From positions 29,884,001 to 29,948,000 of the forward strand of contig CAIIXF020000001.1 in the NCBI GenBank assembly GCA_903813345.2: a stretch of 64,000 nucleotides of DNA. Reading direction: 5' to 3'. Positions 14,201 through 27,622 of the stretch are shown here, piece after piece (the first letter of the stretch is position 1; each line of letters opens with the position of its first letter). The position numbers and the translations under genes are program-made. This DNA comes from Owenia fusiformis. Lineage: Eukaryota. The notes beneath the pieces are model-generated. The model did not search any database and was not told the DNA's origin. It saw only the letters and a program-made list of their open reading frames with translations.

Positions 14201-17200
14201 CAGGTAGAGAGTACCTGGGATTGTGGCGTATGTATTTTTAGCCTCGATTGTCTGAACATAACATATATTTATTAACTTGTCGTTATCTTGAATTATGTTG
14301 ACCCACCTTAACAAAGCTAGATTATCTTAATAACAGGTGACAATAGTCTCAGGTATAATAACCCTTACAAGAAATCTCACAGTGATCTTATTTCCCTTGC
14401 AATGTATCAAGTAATAATAAGTTCAAATATTGCAAATAATCACCTTGGAATATATTTTGGTTTAATTTATGAATTGAATTTGTATGTAAACAGAGTTAAT
14501 GAAATGAATTTCACCAGCAAATTAAAATTGTTTGGAAGATGATCACTCCTTCAGAAATGTAATACTCATTCGGTTAGATGCATTCTGTATTAAGTCAGTC
14601 TGATATCAACTAACACATTTATTAATTTTACCCAACAATTTATTAATGAAACGATTACAAAATAACTGGACAGTAAACATAGGATCAAACGTAAGCTTTT
14701 TCTAGGAACTCTATGGCCAACTTTATATTCTTCAAATGATGTTATTGAAATGATACAATTTACCTGGATTCTAGAACCAGGTTATTAACTTAATATTGAG
14801 GATAACATTGAAACGGGCCCCTGGGGGAAGGGCTTTCTTTGTGTTATAATAAAGGCATTGTTTAAAGAAAACACTCTATTGTAATACATGTGAATATGTA
14901 AAAATATAATCTTCCTAGTTCAATCAAGTATTTCAGTATCGAGTGTTTGAAATTTTGAACTTCAGTGTCTTTACAAGAATAACCCATCATGATAAACCAC
15001 AACATCTCATTTGATTTCTTCTCAGCTTCACTGGTGAAACAGAAAGATGTTATGAGTATCCGACTGATAACATCTTATATTGAGAACCTTTGTTACAAGT
15101 GACATAAAATTTAATAATGTGCATCAAAGAGCAAACTTTGGAAACTTTTGAAACTTTATAAAGAATGCTTAACTTATCAGTTCATTACTCTGTGGTTCAT
15201 TGTTTTCTGAGTGAGGATATTTACAAGTATACTTACTGTATATTTATACTTTTATTGACTCATAATTAAATTCAGTATAATGAGTTTGGTTCAGTACACA
15301 AAACTACCTGTAAACTTTACTCCTGGGACTATGCTCCTACATACAAATAAAGTTCTATTGTCGCATTCTTTTTTCTAAATACTATGTTAAGTGGAGTTTT
15401 ATTAATCTTTAGACGTGTTGGTTTATAAGCAAAACAAACCTTAGGAGATGTAACAGTACCTACATAATCCTAAACTGCCTTATGATATTCTTAATCCCAT
15501 CCCAAAATTTCAAGAAAATATTGAACTAGTCTCAACAAACATAGAAAGTGGCTTATGTCTACATAAATATTATTTATTTTCGACATGCACATGATACAAA
15601 AATATTTAAATTGCCTAGCTGGGCGCTTATCCAATACAAATTGGCTTAATATATAAAATTTGATAATCAGGTTTATGTTGATCCATCTCGGTCAGGGAAG
15701 GCTAAGTAAATAAGCCTATCAGGTGGCTAGATTGTGCACATATTGTCATATGGGATTAGGCTTAATCTGGGATTAACATAGATCTCCGATCACCTCCTGA
15801 ACCCTTCTACCAAGAAACGTGAACCTCAGACAGCTCTTGTTTAGAGATTAAAGTGTCTAGCCGTTGGTTTTTAGTTTTTTTGTAATTAGTAAAAAATGTC
15901 ACATTTTCAGACATCGTGATTCCTCCAATTAAGTTAATTCTTATCTGACACTTGGCTTAAAGCTATGCTGATTATCTCTATGTCCCAGGTAGATGAGATT
16001 AGTGTCATATACAGGTAGGGATTATTTCAGGTGAGACAGGTATGCTAACGAGATGACCCAATTGTCTTTACTTGAATTTATCAAGTATTGGGACCTGAGG
16101 TTACCTGGCCTAACTGTGTTATCTTCGTTCCTGATTAGAGATTACTTATCTCACCTAGCTTATCCCATTGATAACCTCTTGCATAACAATCATAGAGTCA
16201 CACATTTTGTCATTGTCGAATTTCACATTTATTGTTTATGTCTCATTATATCAATGGAAATATGGATTTATAAAAAAAATGAAAGCTGTTTCCACAGTTT
16301 ATAACAGTTATCTGATCTTTTATTTGCCTTGTGTGTTGTTTTCAAAAATTAGTATTTAATCCATGGTATGCATAGACAGTATTATTTGCTTTTGCTTGAA
16401 AGAGATATGACTCGAATACCAGTTTGATTTACCTATACATCTTATGGGCTCCGATACAATTCACAAAGATAGCAGACTGAATAGGATTGTCAAAGGATCA
16501 ATACATATTATATTGGTGGTGTTAATCTATTGGGCCCCTACTGTGGATGATTTATGCTAATCTACCTGAAGTTGGGGATTATCTCTGGGGAAACTAATGT
16601 ATTATAATCCCTCCTTTAATCCTAAATAATCTGACATGTATGAACATACTGTGAGCCAGATGATAAACATTGGATCGACAGTTCATCCTTTATTTCATTA
16701 AATAAATTTAAACTTCAAGTGAGGATTGGAATTGTGACCTTTGAGGTAGATCAACGGCTGCATCAACTCCTGGGATCTCCTCGTCACGATTCACCAAATA
16801 AAGCACTGAAAGGGAAACGTCTTCAATACAGTTTCAAGACTATTATACATATGTATAGAGATTAACTATCAATTCTGTTTGATGTACCGGGCGTCTGAAT
16901 GAATCATCGAGCGAGCGAACAGACAAATCTTAACAAAAACACTATAAGATCTTTCAGGATGATAACTGAACTAAAAGTTGAAAAGATTATTGAAAATGAA
17001 GTAGTTATCTTTTGATCACGCTTGCTGAATTTGAAGACAAGCTTTTTGAGACGATTAATATAAACTCGCTTAGCTATTGAGTCAGGAAAAAATGTTGGTG
17101 GGGCAAATTAAAGGTGAGATATAAAGAATAAACAAATATTTAATGTTTTTTAAGTCTTATGGCATCACTATACTTGTAGTAGAAACTGAGCCAGTGTGAT

Positions 17201-20200
17201 TACCTATATAAATCAGGAGGTGGTTTATACAAAACATAATTTCCTGGCTAGATTGTGATTACAGAAAAAATTCATAAAAGTGATAAAACAATGTTGGATA
17301 GGTACGGACTCTGATTAATCATTCGGTGTCACCTGGATGTGATACCGTCCAAATTATAAATTTCACTATGTTTAAAATCTCAAATCTGGTCCCAGCTTCA
17401 GGCATTTCAAATTCTCCCATCCTATTATCATACGTATTATACCATTATCTGTGATTATTAACTCATTTTGCCTAAAGCGCTAGACAGATTGTTGTTTTTA
17501 ATAAGATAAATAACATTTTTATGATGACCCTATAGGCCTTTATGAATATCAGATGAGATTACCTTTGGGAAAAATCAAAAAAACATGAATAAACTTTGAA
17601 CTATTTTAATATCAATCTAATAAAAAATTCAGACTTTAAATTTCCCATAGAATCAACAAAATCATAAAAACTTTGATTTATCAACTTTGATTACATTAGA
17701 TAATACAACTAAATACAATTAAAACATTGCATTATTAATAAAATACTATGTACTATTATGCCAAAACAGGCACCCCCTGTTGATAATTACCACCTCCTTG
17801 TTTTAATCACAATGAAAACTGAAAATGATCATCTGGTGTGTAAATTAAAACAAAATTAAAAAACATATTTTTAAATTCCATAATTGGCTAATATAATAAT
17901 TATGATACAGGGGCAATGAGTGGTGCCAGTCATTATAAAGAGACCTTCAGTGCCAATTGTAGAGTGTCAGATAAATAACTATTTAAGTAGTAATATCTTT
18001 TTCACTTGATCACTATTTGATGCACATTTGCTCTATCTGGAGGCAAGAGTGGTGCTACCAAATTATAATACAAAGATAGATAATGAGGCTAAGCGGCCAC
18101 TATCCTAACGAGCTAAATTCAAGCCTGATTTACATCGCATTGACGAGCCCGAAGCTATCAGGATATTCACACGACTCAATACGCTTTATATTAACATACA
18201 TCATAAATACTAATGTGAGCATGTTAACATATAGTGCAATTACCAAGAATTAACATTTTCAAGATGTTTTTCGAAATCATGATACATGGGTCATCCTCAT
18301 AAAAAATGATGGATTGTTTGTATTTATGAGTGTTTTGATCACCTGGTAGAGTGCAACAGATTTGAAATAATTCAATCTCAGATCTTTTTGTGTTTTCAAA
18401 ATCCAAATTAAAGATTCATTACTTGTTTTTTTGCTTTCCCAAGCTCATCTATAATTCAAAAATCATAAAACGGTTATTAAAAACGGATAAACTTTTTATC
18501 TCTTATGATAAAAGGTGACATGATGATAATAGTGATGATATGACCCTCCCCCTAGGCAGTTAGTTGAACTATCCACGCTTGACCTCTATCTATCTATGTC
18601 CACAAATCACAATAGTTCTATGAAGATATTGCTTATCCCAAGTTACTGTTGTTATCTCATTTCACGATGTGCACAATGGTTTTTTGTAGTTTGTGGATCG
18701 ATTTAGGGAGGATTAGGTTTAGAGGATTAGGTGATGGAATCCCTAATGTATTTGCTTATCGGCCCTGTCACCATGGAGACCATAATCCTGAGATTAAATT
18801 TGTCATTTTGCTAATGCTCATTTCATGTATTTGAACGAAATCCATTTGGCGGGTTATTAGAGAGATCTAAAAACAGCTTAGCATCGTGATCCCTCTGATG
18901 AATTTAGGATAAACAGGGCGTCTTTCTTCTCCCTAATCCTATTTTATCTCACGCTTGTGTATTAAGCATGTTTGACTGTCTATCAAAGGGCTTTAGCAGG
19001 TAAAGCTAGCTGCCTCCTGCTAATCCCTTGTTTCACATTCAATTTGTGTAAGAACGTGTCTTTTAGATAAAAAACTATCTGGTTCCAGGAGGGTTGGGCG
19101 AATGGCGATGCAGTATAGGGTCAATAACATTCCATAACGTCAACCACTGTAGATCTCATCAAACCAAAGATTACGTTCATCAGTAATGATTTCTATACTT
19201 TTGCCCCCAGACTTACGTTGCTAATCTTTTTTATATATAAAATCTCTAATTGATGAAAGGTCTTTGAAGCGAAATTACTATTGAATAAAGCAGCGGGTAT
19301 TATCAGTGTGATCCGAGTGAAGAACTTTGATTTACCCTGCATGTTAGAAAGTCTCTAGAAGATCAAAGATGGATTTTGTTTCCTTTACTTTCTACATAAA
19401 TCGTCGATTCTGATATATCGAAATAGGGATAGAAACCCCATGGATGTATACCCTCTGAATCCAACAGCCAATGAACTTTTTTCAAAATCTTAATTTTGTT
19501 TAATGATTATCTCTGCGATAAACAGAGGAATGAATTGCAGAGTTATAACTGTGATGCCCTGTGAGCTCTCTCAATCATCCTCTTTGAACTTATCTTTTCT
19601 TGACATTTACTAAGGATTTAATATTGTCAATCTCTCATAGCATTTATTTAATAATCTCATAGCCTGTAAGCAATCTAATGAATTACATATATGCATGCTG
19701 GAGAGGTTAGCACATGCTCGGAATGTTATATCAAAAATTAAGTAAAAGCTAAAGCAACTTCTTGTCGAATATCTTTGCCCCTGTTGGTAAGTATAATATT
19801 AGGAAAATCTTAAGTGAGGTGTGCTAAAGGTTTTGATAAGGGCCTGACAGATGATTTACGGGTTACCTGGGCCCCAAGGTCATATGCCTTTGTTTTATCA
19901 TTAATTCCCCCTCTAATACTCTCATTATCCCTCTTCATTCATGATCTATCTATCTTAGATTAAATCCTACAAAATTAAATTTTAATCTAGATCCAACGGT
20001 GAATCTTCAAAATAATTTCTACTAAGAGGATTACTTTAAGAAGATTATAGTAGATTAATTTGCACAGCGTATTAAGGTATTAACCTCCTTGCTTGCAAAA
20101 GCAACCATTCTTGCCACACTCTTCGTAAAAATAATTCGTTATATATAAACATTGAGTTGGAATTTGCTATCATCTAATGGTTTTATCCGGAGATTTATCA

Positions 20201-23200
20201 TTTCCACATTTTGAAATCACTCAAAGATACAACAAAGGTGTGTTTATTTTATTTTGTAGAGAATTAAAACAGAAATTGACCGCTATTAGATAATGATGTT
20301 TGAGTGTGCAGTGCAAGATAAAGTACATACTGGTATTATCATGATTAATGGAGAAACTGATTTGTCAGCACGGCTCATCCTTTTTTTTAATTAGTTTCTG
20401 AGGCTTAATAGAATTTCAATCAAAGTTAGTAAAGCTAGAAAGTAAACTTTTAAAAATACCTAAAACTGAAATAATGCTTGATGATCTCGATTGACTTTTT
20501 AGATTGATATAATTTAGATCCTATTTAAGATTTTACATCACATAGAAGATTATAGATAATGTGCTAAGTCACTCGTGATTTGACTTTCTGAGTCGGGAAT
20601 TAATCTCACTTCCCCTAAGAAATCTCTCGGAATCATGGGTCGTCTCTGACACGGGAAAGATTACTCTAAGAAATTACGAAAGTCAAGTTGGAAATCCCCC
20701 ACCAAATCAAACATTATTCTGATTGCATTGGCCCATTCGTTAAGCTTAAATACTATATGTCGGATTAGGATATAATCACGGAGGAGCTCATCAAGGAATA
20801 AACTTCCCATTATGAGGTCATTTATCATGCTCATAGCCACTGTTTGCCATGACAGATACATGGTACCTAGGCCCCTCTACAACCAAGAACCCTTCCCGAG
20901 CGATGAGCCCAATCTAACTCAGAAGTGATTATCTTACGAAGAGGATTATTCAATATTTGAGGATTACATATTGAAGAGTTGCCACGGTGATTTTATCTTG
21001 CATATCCGCCATTTTTATTGATTATGAGTTCAAAGCAAATTTGTTTTTGTACATGTGGTAATCCCCTGTAGTGACTTAGCCACTACCGTAATAGGATTCC
21101 GCGGCGCTAATCCTTTCTCTAGCCCCAGATTACTTCCTAACAAAAATTGCATTTACAATCTCATTTCATCACAAATCGCTGTTGGCAGCCATTTTAGAAT
21201 ATATTTTCTTGAATCATCTCAACCACCTGTGTTTTGATAACAAATCCTAAATCTCCAAGCAATAACAGTGTTAGCATGCAACCTTTCTCATTAGCAGGTT
21301 CACAGTTTGTGTCATATGTAATCATTAAAACATGTTAATCTTAGAAAATGAATTCATCTGGATTTCTGGCACAGGCTTTGTTTCTGTTATTAGCATTTGT
21401 GACAAACTCAGTCATGATCTAAAGTCTCCTAGACATGCAAGTTTGATTAACTGTTTAACAGTTTGTGGCACATCTATACAAACTGACAAACTGTACAATT
21501 ATTAAAAAGATGATCCATTGAAACAAAGCATTTTCCAAACACTGCCAAGGCTAATTAATGTATTTAGCAAACACAAAGTAGAATGACAACCATGTATTTA
21601 GTTTTAAACTTCTGGATTATTGTTCAATATTGTATATAAGTTCTGGTTATGCAGCTTCAGCAGATCAATCAAAGAATCAGATAAGATAAGAGCAAAGAGA
21701 AAGAAAATATTGTAATAAAAAATTCAAACAAAAATGTTGCTGGAAACATATGTTCAAAGTAAGTTACTTTTTAAATTGTAATTTTCAGTTCGGTGGAATT
21801 TTTTAAGAATTGGCGAGTATTCTGTTTTGAGGGATTTTTAAATACCAAGGTGTTAATAAAGAAGTGCCAGACTCTGATATTGTAATTAAAATTTAGATTG
21901 CATAACTGAATTGACAGGCTGCTTTAAATATTTCCTTACTTTTGGATTTGAAGCAAAATGATTATATTTTATTGAACAATACAGTCTGTGTAATTCACAA
22001 AAGGTAATATCAGTTTATAATTACTGTAATTACATTAATATTAAAGCATTGAACAGATGTAGTGGCTAATCAAAATTGTCTAACTTTGATATTGGATGGT
22101 TACTAATAAAAGGCATGATTGATGCGACTGAGGGGCTAATATTAATGTATAGACTAGAATCAGACTTGAGTGGGACGGTTGATAGGGCTTGATAGAGACA
22201 TCTAGTGTTATCAGGTATAACTAGGCAAACTCCCAGAGCAAAGCATTCATTATCACCTTGACAGCCTACGTAGTAGACTAGTATATATAAAGAGACTAGA
22301 AGCAGAGATTTTCTCAGGAGAACGTTTCTTGAGGTGTGCCACATCTATATCTTAGGTTTCAGCGGGGCAACAGGTAGTCTCAGAGCTGCTATTCATTGTG
22401 CATTACGCTACGCTAGGATAAACATGACCGTATTATAGACACACAGGGCCATATAGTCACTAGTTGTCAGGAGTTTAAACATGGAGAACACACATATTTT
22501 ACTCAGTCAAATGTCTTGGAAACGGGAGTTAGAAGATCAGTATATGAAAATGATAAACTTATATCAACAAACATCTCCACCTTCAGATGTTTCAGGAGAT
22601 GTAGGAAAAGGTATAATTTTATATTATTTATTATCAAAAAAGGCTTGACATTATGTTACACACAGCAACAATGGAATTAAGTTTATTAAAAGTTGTAAGG
22701 TTTTTAACTTTGCAAAGTTTCACGTGCCTTGATCTATTAAATGTTCTTATTTGTTCTTGTTGTCGATTGTCACATAGTAATTTAAGATAATTATTTTGTA
22801 GATAATTGGAACATGCTATTGTTATTTACATACTAACTCATGGATTATACAATTGTCTTAAAATTGCTAGGGAATTAGCAGATACTTTTGCAAATTTCAT
22901 TCTCAGTTGGTATGTCATGAGATCTTGCATTCAAATCACTAATAATCGCTCTTAACAAGAGGTAAATTATAGCCACTATAATTAAGTGTGAATTGTAAGT
23001 TTTGCTTGATCTCATTAAAAAATCTTTGGTAAATCTTACATCCTGTATATTATTAATATTAGATATTTTTCTTGAGGAAGAAAATCAGTTTTAATCGTAA
23101 AAATTAATCCCAAGGCAAAGCATATAAGCTTATAGGAATTAAAAAATTCTATCACTAATTGGTATTGTTAATCAGCCATGTCATTTTGAACTGTTAGGGA

Positions 23201-26200
23201 AATAAAAGTGTGCAGTTCACTTACTATCAACTAGCTGTTAATCAAGATTTATTTTTGAAATACCATAAAACCTCTTAACGATTTACATAACATTAAGTTA
23301 ATATGAACATTTCATTTTAAAGTTTAAGATAATATGCCCATTTGCCACTTATATAATGCCATAAATGAATTCATGTACAGTATAAACATATATTTTTTAT
23401 GATTTACAACAGTTTGGATATTAACTTTAAATTGATCATTTAAATATATGATGTTGTATATTTATTTAAATTGATGTCTGTTAGTTTCTTTACATTTTAA
23501 CCATTCATCTAAAGGATATCCTATGATTTATGAGGGATATGAATTTTTTTTATTATCTGTGAGTTGGATATATCTCCATTTTTAATAGGTTAATTGTTTT
23601 TATTTGCATAATAAGTTATGTATTAAATTTTATTATATAAATTATAGGATGTTATTTTTATTCCATATTTAGATCAGTTCAAATCAAACTTTCTGAATAA
23701 TTGACTGGCCATTATGTATTGGATCATTAGTGAAAACATTTTTTTAATTTTTCTACTGGTTCCAAAAATACCATTTTTATTTTGACACAATATCCTGTGA
23801 TTTCACAATAACTTTGGAATAATGCAATATATTTGCTACCCACATTTCCATTTTGTACTACATTTATCAAGAAAGATAATAATAATTAAAACATTTATCA
23901 CTTATTAGCAGTATATGTTATTTGTATATAATGCGTTATCATAAGAAAATGTTGCTAATGAAACATGTTATCACATTATGTGGCACGCTTTTTATTTAGA
24001 TCAATTTTTCGTCATCATCTTCTTGTTATTTTATTCATTTATCATTTCATTTTATTTTACGGATTTTGTGTTTTGTGACCTTGAGTAGGAAGGAAGAGTC
24101 AGAGCTGTATATAGTTGCTTTCAGACGGATTACTGTGCCATCTATTGGCATAAAACAACTTTTTATTTTGTTAATATTGTGTGGTTTCAGGCAAAGCTAT
24201 TCCGGTTCATTGCATCATAGAGAGAGAACCGCAGGGTGGAGATACCCGATCACCCTCCGTAGAGGTGGACAGTTATGCCATAATACCAGCCCAGACACTC
24301 TTTAGAGAAGTCGTTCATACAGCTCTAGTTAAACTTGGTTATACATCAACTGAAGCAATCTCAGCTAAAGGTAGGTGATATATGAAATTATTAATGGTTC
24401 ATGTATAGGGTTGAAACATGATAGCATTAGATGTTCTTCAGTAATAAAATCATGTCTCATGTCATAAAGTAATGATAAGAGCATTATTAATTATGGAAAT
24501 ATTTCTGTGTCGAAATTTTGACCATACTGCATCCATGTGAAAAGTTAAACCATTTGATGTGATACTTGAAGAAAATAATGCAAAACCCGCATCATGGGAT
24601 GCAAGATTGACATCATTATTTGCAAGATTTGCATCATTGGCATTTCTTGAACCAGTATATACTTTTTATTAAAAGATTTACTCTAGTAAATTCATAGACA
24701 TATTTAAGTTTAATTTATAGGAAATTGATTTGCTTGTACATGTTTGTGTTATAATTGAAAAATAAACAAATTTATTTTCAGGTGCAATAGTAGTGAAGAA
24801 TTGGAAACCTCTTACGCTTGACATGATAACAGATCGTCCAGATGCGAATGTCGAAGAAATGTTTGCAGACCTCACCAATGTTATATCTCTTCGCATACGT
24901 CTTAGTAGGTTAGTATGAGTTACTACCATTAGATGGGGTTGATATTCTATACAAAAGCGTATCGGAATTATCACTTGTCATGAAGTGTCTTTTAGTTAAT
25001 ACTAACACATATTTATTTTGGTAACATAATATTAGATGAATAGCAGTCAGTCAACAATTTGTGCTTGGCCCCTATTCCTGCTTCTACTACTCTTTTGTTT
25101 TGTTTGTAGCTATTAAGCCCCACTGCCTTAAGAATGTTATGCCCCTCAATTCGTTTACTTGGGTCAATTACCTAACAGACCATGTTTCTGTGATATCTAC
25201 AAGACTGTATTGTGTATCCGTGTTGCTCCGTTGTATTATTTGTAAATTTTAATTGATTTCATAAACTCGCAAGGCAAAAACACGATTTTTGGATTCAGTG
25301 TGCATTGAGCTACTAACTGTGAGAGTGTTTCAATAAAACCACGTGTTTACCACTGAGTGTTTACAACTAGGTGTTAAGAAAGTGAAGTGAGTTAGATTTG
25401 AGTGTTTAACTCCATGTTTCAGTCGGACCAAGTTGAATTCATCCTCAAATGAGATGAAGGATAAGTTGTTGCAGTTACTGCTATCACAAGCCCATTCCAG
25501 CCTCGGCAGCTCAGGGTGCCCCATAGAAAAGGTATGTACAATTTTTATATTTAAAAATTTGATATATTCCAAATGCTCAAATAACAAACTATCAATTTTA
25601 TGAGCTGCAGTGATGTAGATAATACAATTTTAATATCATCACAGATTTGCTTGCTTATACTGTACGATGAAGGGAAATTGCTGTGTTTATAAATCGCAAG
25701 TTTATTTATGGATTTGGAAATGAAACACTGTAACTAAGGAATCACAAATATTTAGGATAAAAATATACTGTCATCAGCTAATAATTATTAGTTCATATTG
25801 TAACTCTGTGAATCATTAACAAGTTTTACATGTATATTATGTTTGTGTGTTGCAGGAGCTACTACAGATGCTCTCTAAAGGTGGTAGCATACAGGACCTC
25901 CCAGAAGATGCAAGAAATGCATTTGACATCTGGTACAAATCACAATTGGAGAAATCAAACGGCACTAAGTCAACTATCCAGACATTGCTCAATCAGCCCC
26001 CACAGTCCACCCACTCCCCCGTGGCACCCTCTCTGCCTCTAGGCCTCATTACCAGCCCTAGGACCAACCCTATCACATCAACTCCCACAGCATCTACCCC
26101 TATGGAGTCATTGATGCACAGCAACCATTCTCCAGGCACATTGTCTATGTTGTACAAACAGCGCATTCGCACATCTTTCGATCCTGATCTCGAAATTCCA

Positions 26201-27622
26201 CGACTTCAACAATGGTTTAAAGTCAATCAGCATCCCTCACGCACAGAGATGGTGGCCTACCTGAATGAGCTCAATTCGCTGGACTCACGACGTGAGCGCA
26301 AACCTCTAGATTTGACCAACATCATATATTGGTTTAAGAATGCACGTGCTGCTCATAGACGTGCAAACAAGGAAGGTGGTGATGATGAACTTATCGATGA
26401 CAGTCTAGAACATGAAGAGGGCCATCCAGAGGAGGAGGCTAGTGCTGGAGTTAAGAGCGAGGGAATGAGAGTACCAGTTGGTACACCAGTGGGTATCCCA
26501 GAGCTACCTAATCGTAATGCTGTGTACTTAGTAAACCCCTTGGGTGAAGAGCAGAGATGGTCTGCCCAGCAGGCAGAAGGAAGAAAAAGTGCAGATCTTG
26601 CCGCTCGAGGTAGTGATGAAGATGATGTGCCGCAGAACCTAAGCCTGAGGAAATCCCCAAGTCATATCCAAGAAGAGGCTGAAGACCTGAGAATGACTCC
26701 ACAATCTGATAAACACACTGACCCCAACAGCTCACCTAGTAGTACAGATAGCGACAATAGGTGCAATGGAGTAAGAGATGTCAATGCTGAGGTTCGTGCT
26801 ACAGGAGATGAAACTATGGAATTTGATGATAAGCTCAAAACTCCACCTGGTGACTGTAATGAAAACCACACAAAGATATCTGGATCTCCATCAGTGAAAT
26901 CAGAGCCTGATGTTAGATCAGAACAAGATGAAGATGGTTATGATAGTTCAGAGTCAGCTTCGTCCACACCTAGACCTGCCCACATGCCAGCCTACCCCCA
27001 CTTGCAACATCCCTTGAACATGGCCTTCATGTCGCAGTACACAGCCAGTATGAAGGCCATGTCCCCTCATATGTCACCTCATATGTCCCCACATCACCTT
27101 GGGCTCCCTATGCCACATGGCTTCGCTCAACACTATCCAAGTAAAATAGATGGCAGTATTACAGCAATCCCAACACGCAGCTACTCCTCCAGCGCAGCCG
27201 AGAGAGAAAGAAAGAAGCGTACTCGTGTATTCATCGATCCACTCTCAGAAATCCCAAAGTTAGAGCGTTGGTTTTTGGACGATACTCACCCCTCATCATT
27301 TATGATAGAGAAATATTGTGAAGAACTGAACAGATCAGAATATCGCCAACGATTTCCTAAATTGGAATCAAAAAATATCCAGCTGTGGTTCAAGAACCAT
27401 CGTGCAAAGGTTAAGAGGCTTAGATTAGGACATGACATTAGTGAGTTTAATAGGCACCAGGTCCATGTGGAGGATGAGCCCAAGATGCCGTCTTCAGCAT
27501 ATGCCACTTCTCCATTATCATTAGGGAACTCTTACTCTGAAGAAAATGGAGATGTTAAGCTTAAACAAGTGAGAGATTGGCCTCCGAGAGATCTCCCCAT
27601 ACAGGCTGGTGCTACACATTGA
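2297..27622 (+). CDS. dve: Defective proventriculus / Compass (CMP, SATB-family) homeobox protein, isoform A, ~802 aa, 6 coding exons
   Basis: Exons 2297-2380, 7313-7454, 24191-24370, 24782-24908, 25423-25531 and 25856-27622 have GT-AG boundaries and consistent intron phases (0,1,1,2,0). The N-terminus reads MDFHAAMETFAEAWVAANT. The CMP/ULD domain reads GKAIPVHCIIE...LFREVVHTALVKLGY...AKGAIVVKNWKPL...LRIRL. There are two atypical homeodomains, RIRTSFDPDLEIPRLQQWF...YWFKNARA and RTRVFIDPLSEIPKLERWF...LWFKNHRAK. CMP plus two K50 homeodomains is the known Dve/Compass layout. Exon 2 is supported only by splice signals and phase. Confidence 0.9.
3130..4250. mobile_element. Tc1/mariner-family deletion derivative with long TIRs and a decayed transposase remnant
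   Basis: TA|CAGGGTGGGCC...GGCCCACCCTG|TA with ~350-bp inverted arms. The interior - strand reads DFIFQQDIASYH (~3865-3825) and WPSDRPN...VFDYHTWSH, which resemble the FQQD.A..H and WP..SPDLNP.DY..W motifs of Tc1/mariner transposases. Confidence 0.85.
6585..6950. mobile_element. Hairpin-ended non-autonomous repeat
   Basis: A long imperfect stem-loop at 6839-6950 (GTTATGTCACTATGACGTGAAATATGCCT...AGGCATATTTCACGTCATAGTGACATAAC) lies downstream of a TGATTGGTT motif. The organisation is similar to that at 52417-52837 and 58875-59440. The left boundary is approximate. Confidence 0.5.
10393..10935 (+). repeat. Degenerate minisatellite (core TTTTCAGATTGTTCATTGTCA)
   Basis: Many imperfect ~20-30-bp copies containing CAGATT and ATTGTCA, plus a higher-order duplication (ATCTACTAGCATATTATCTATTGTCAAACT at ~10613 and ~10732). 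Confidence 0.8.

Noticed and set aside
26508-27507. Antisense ORFs over the large dve exon
   Set aside because: They are short shadow ORFs of a real coding exon with no independent evidence.
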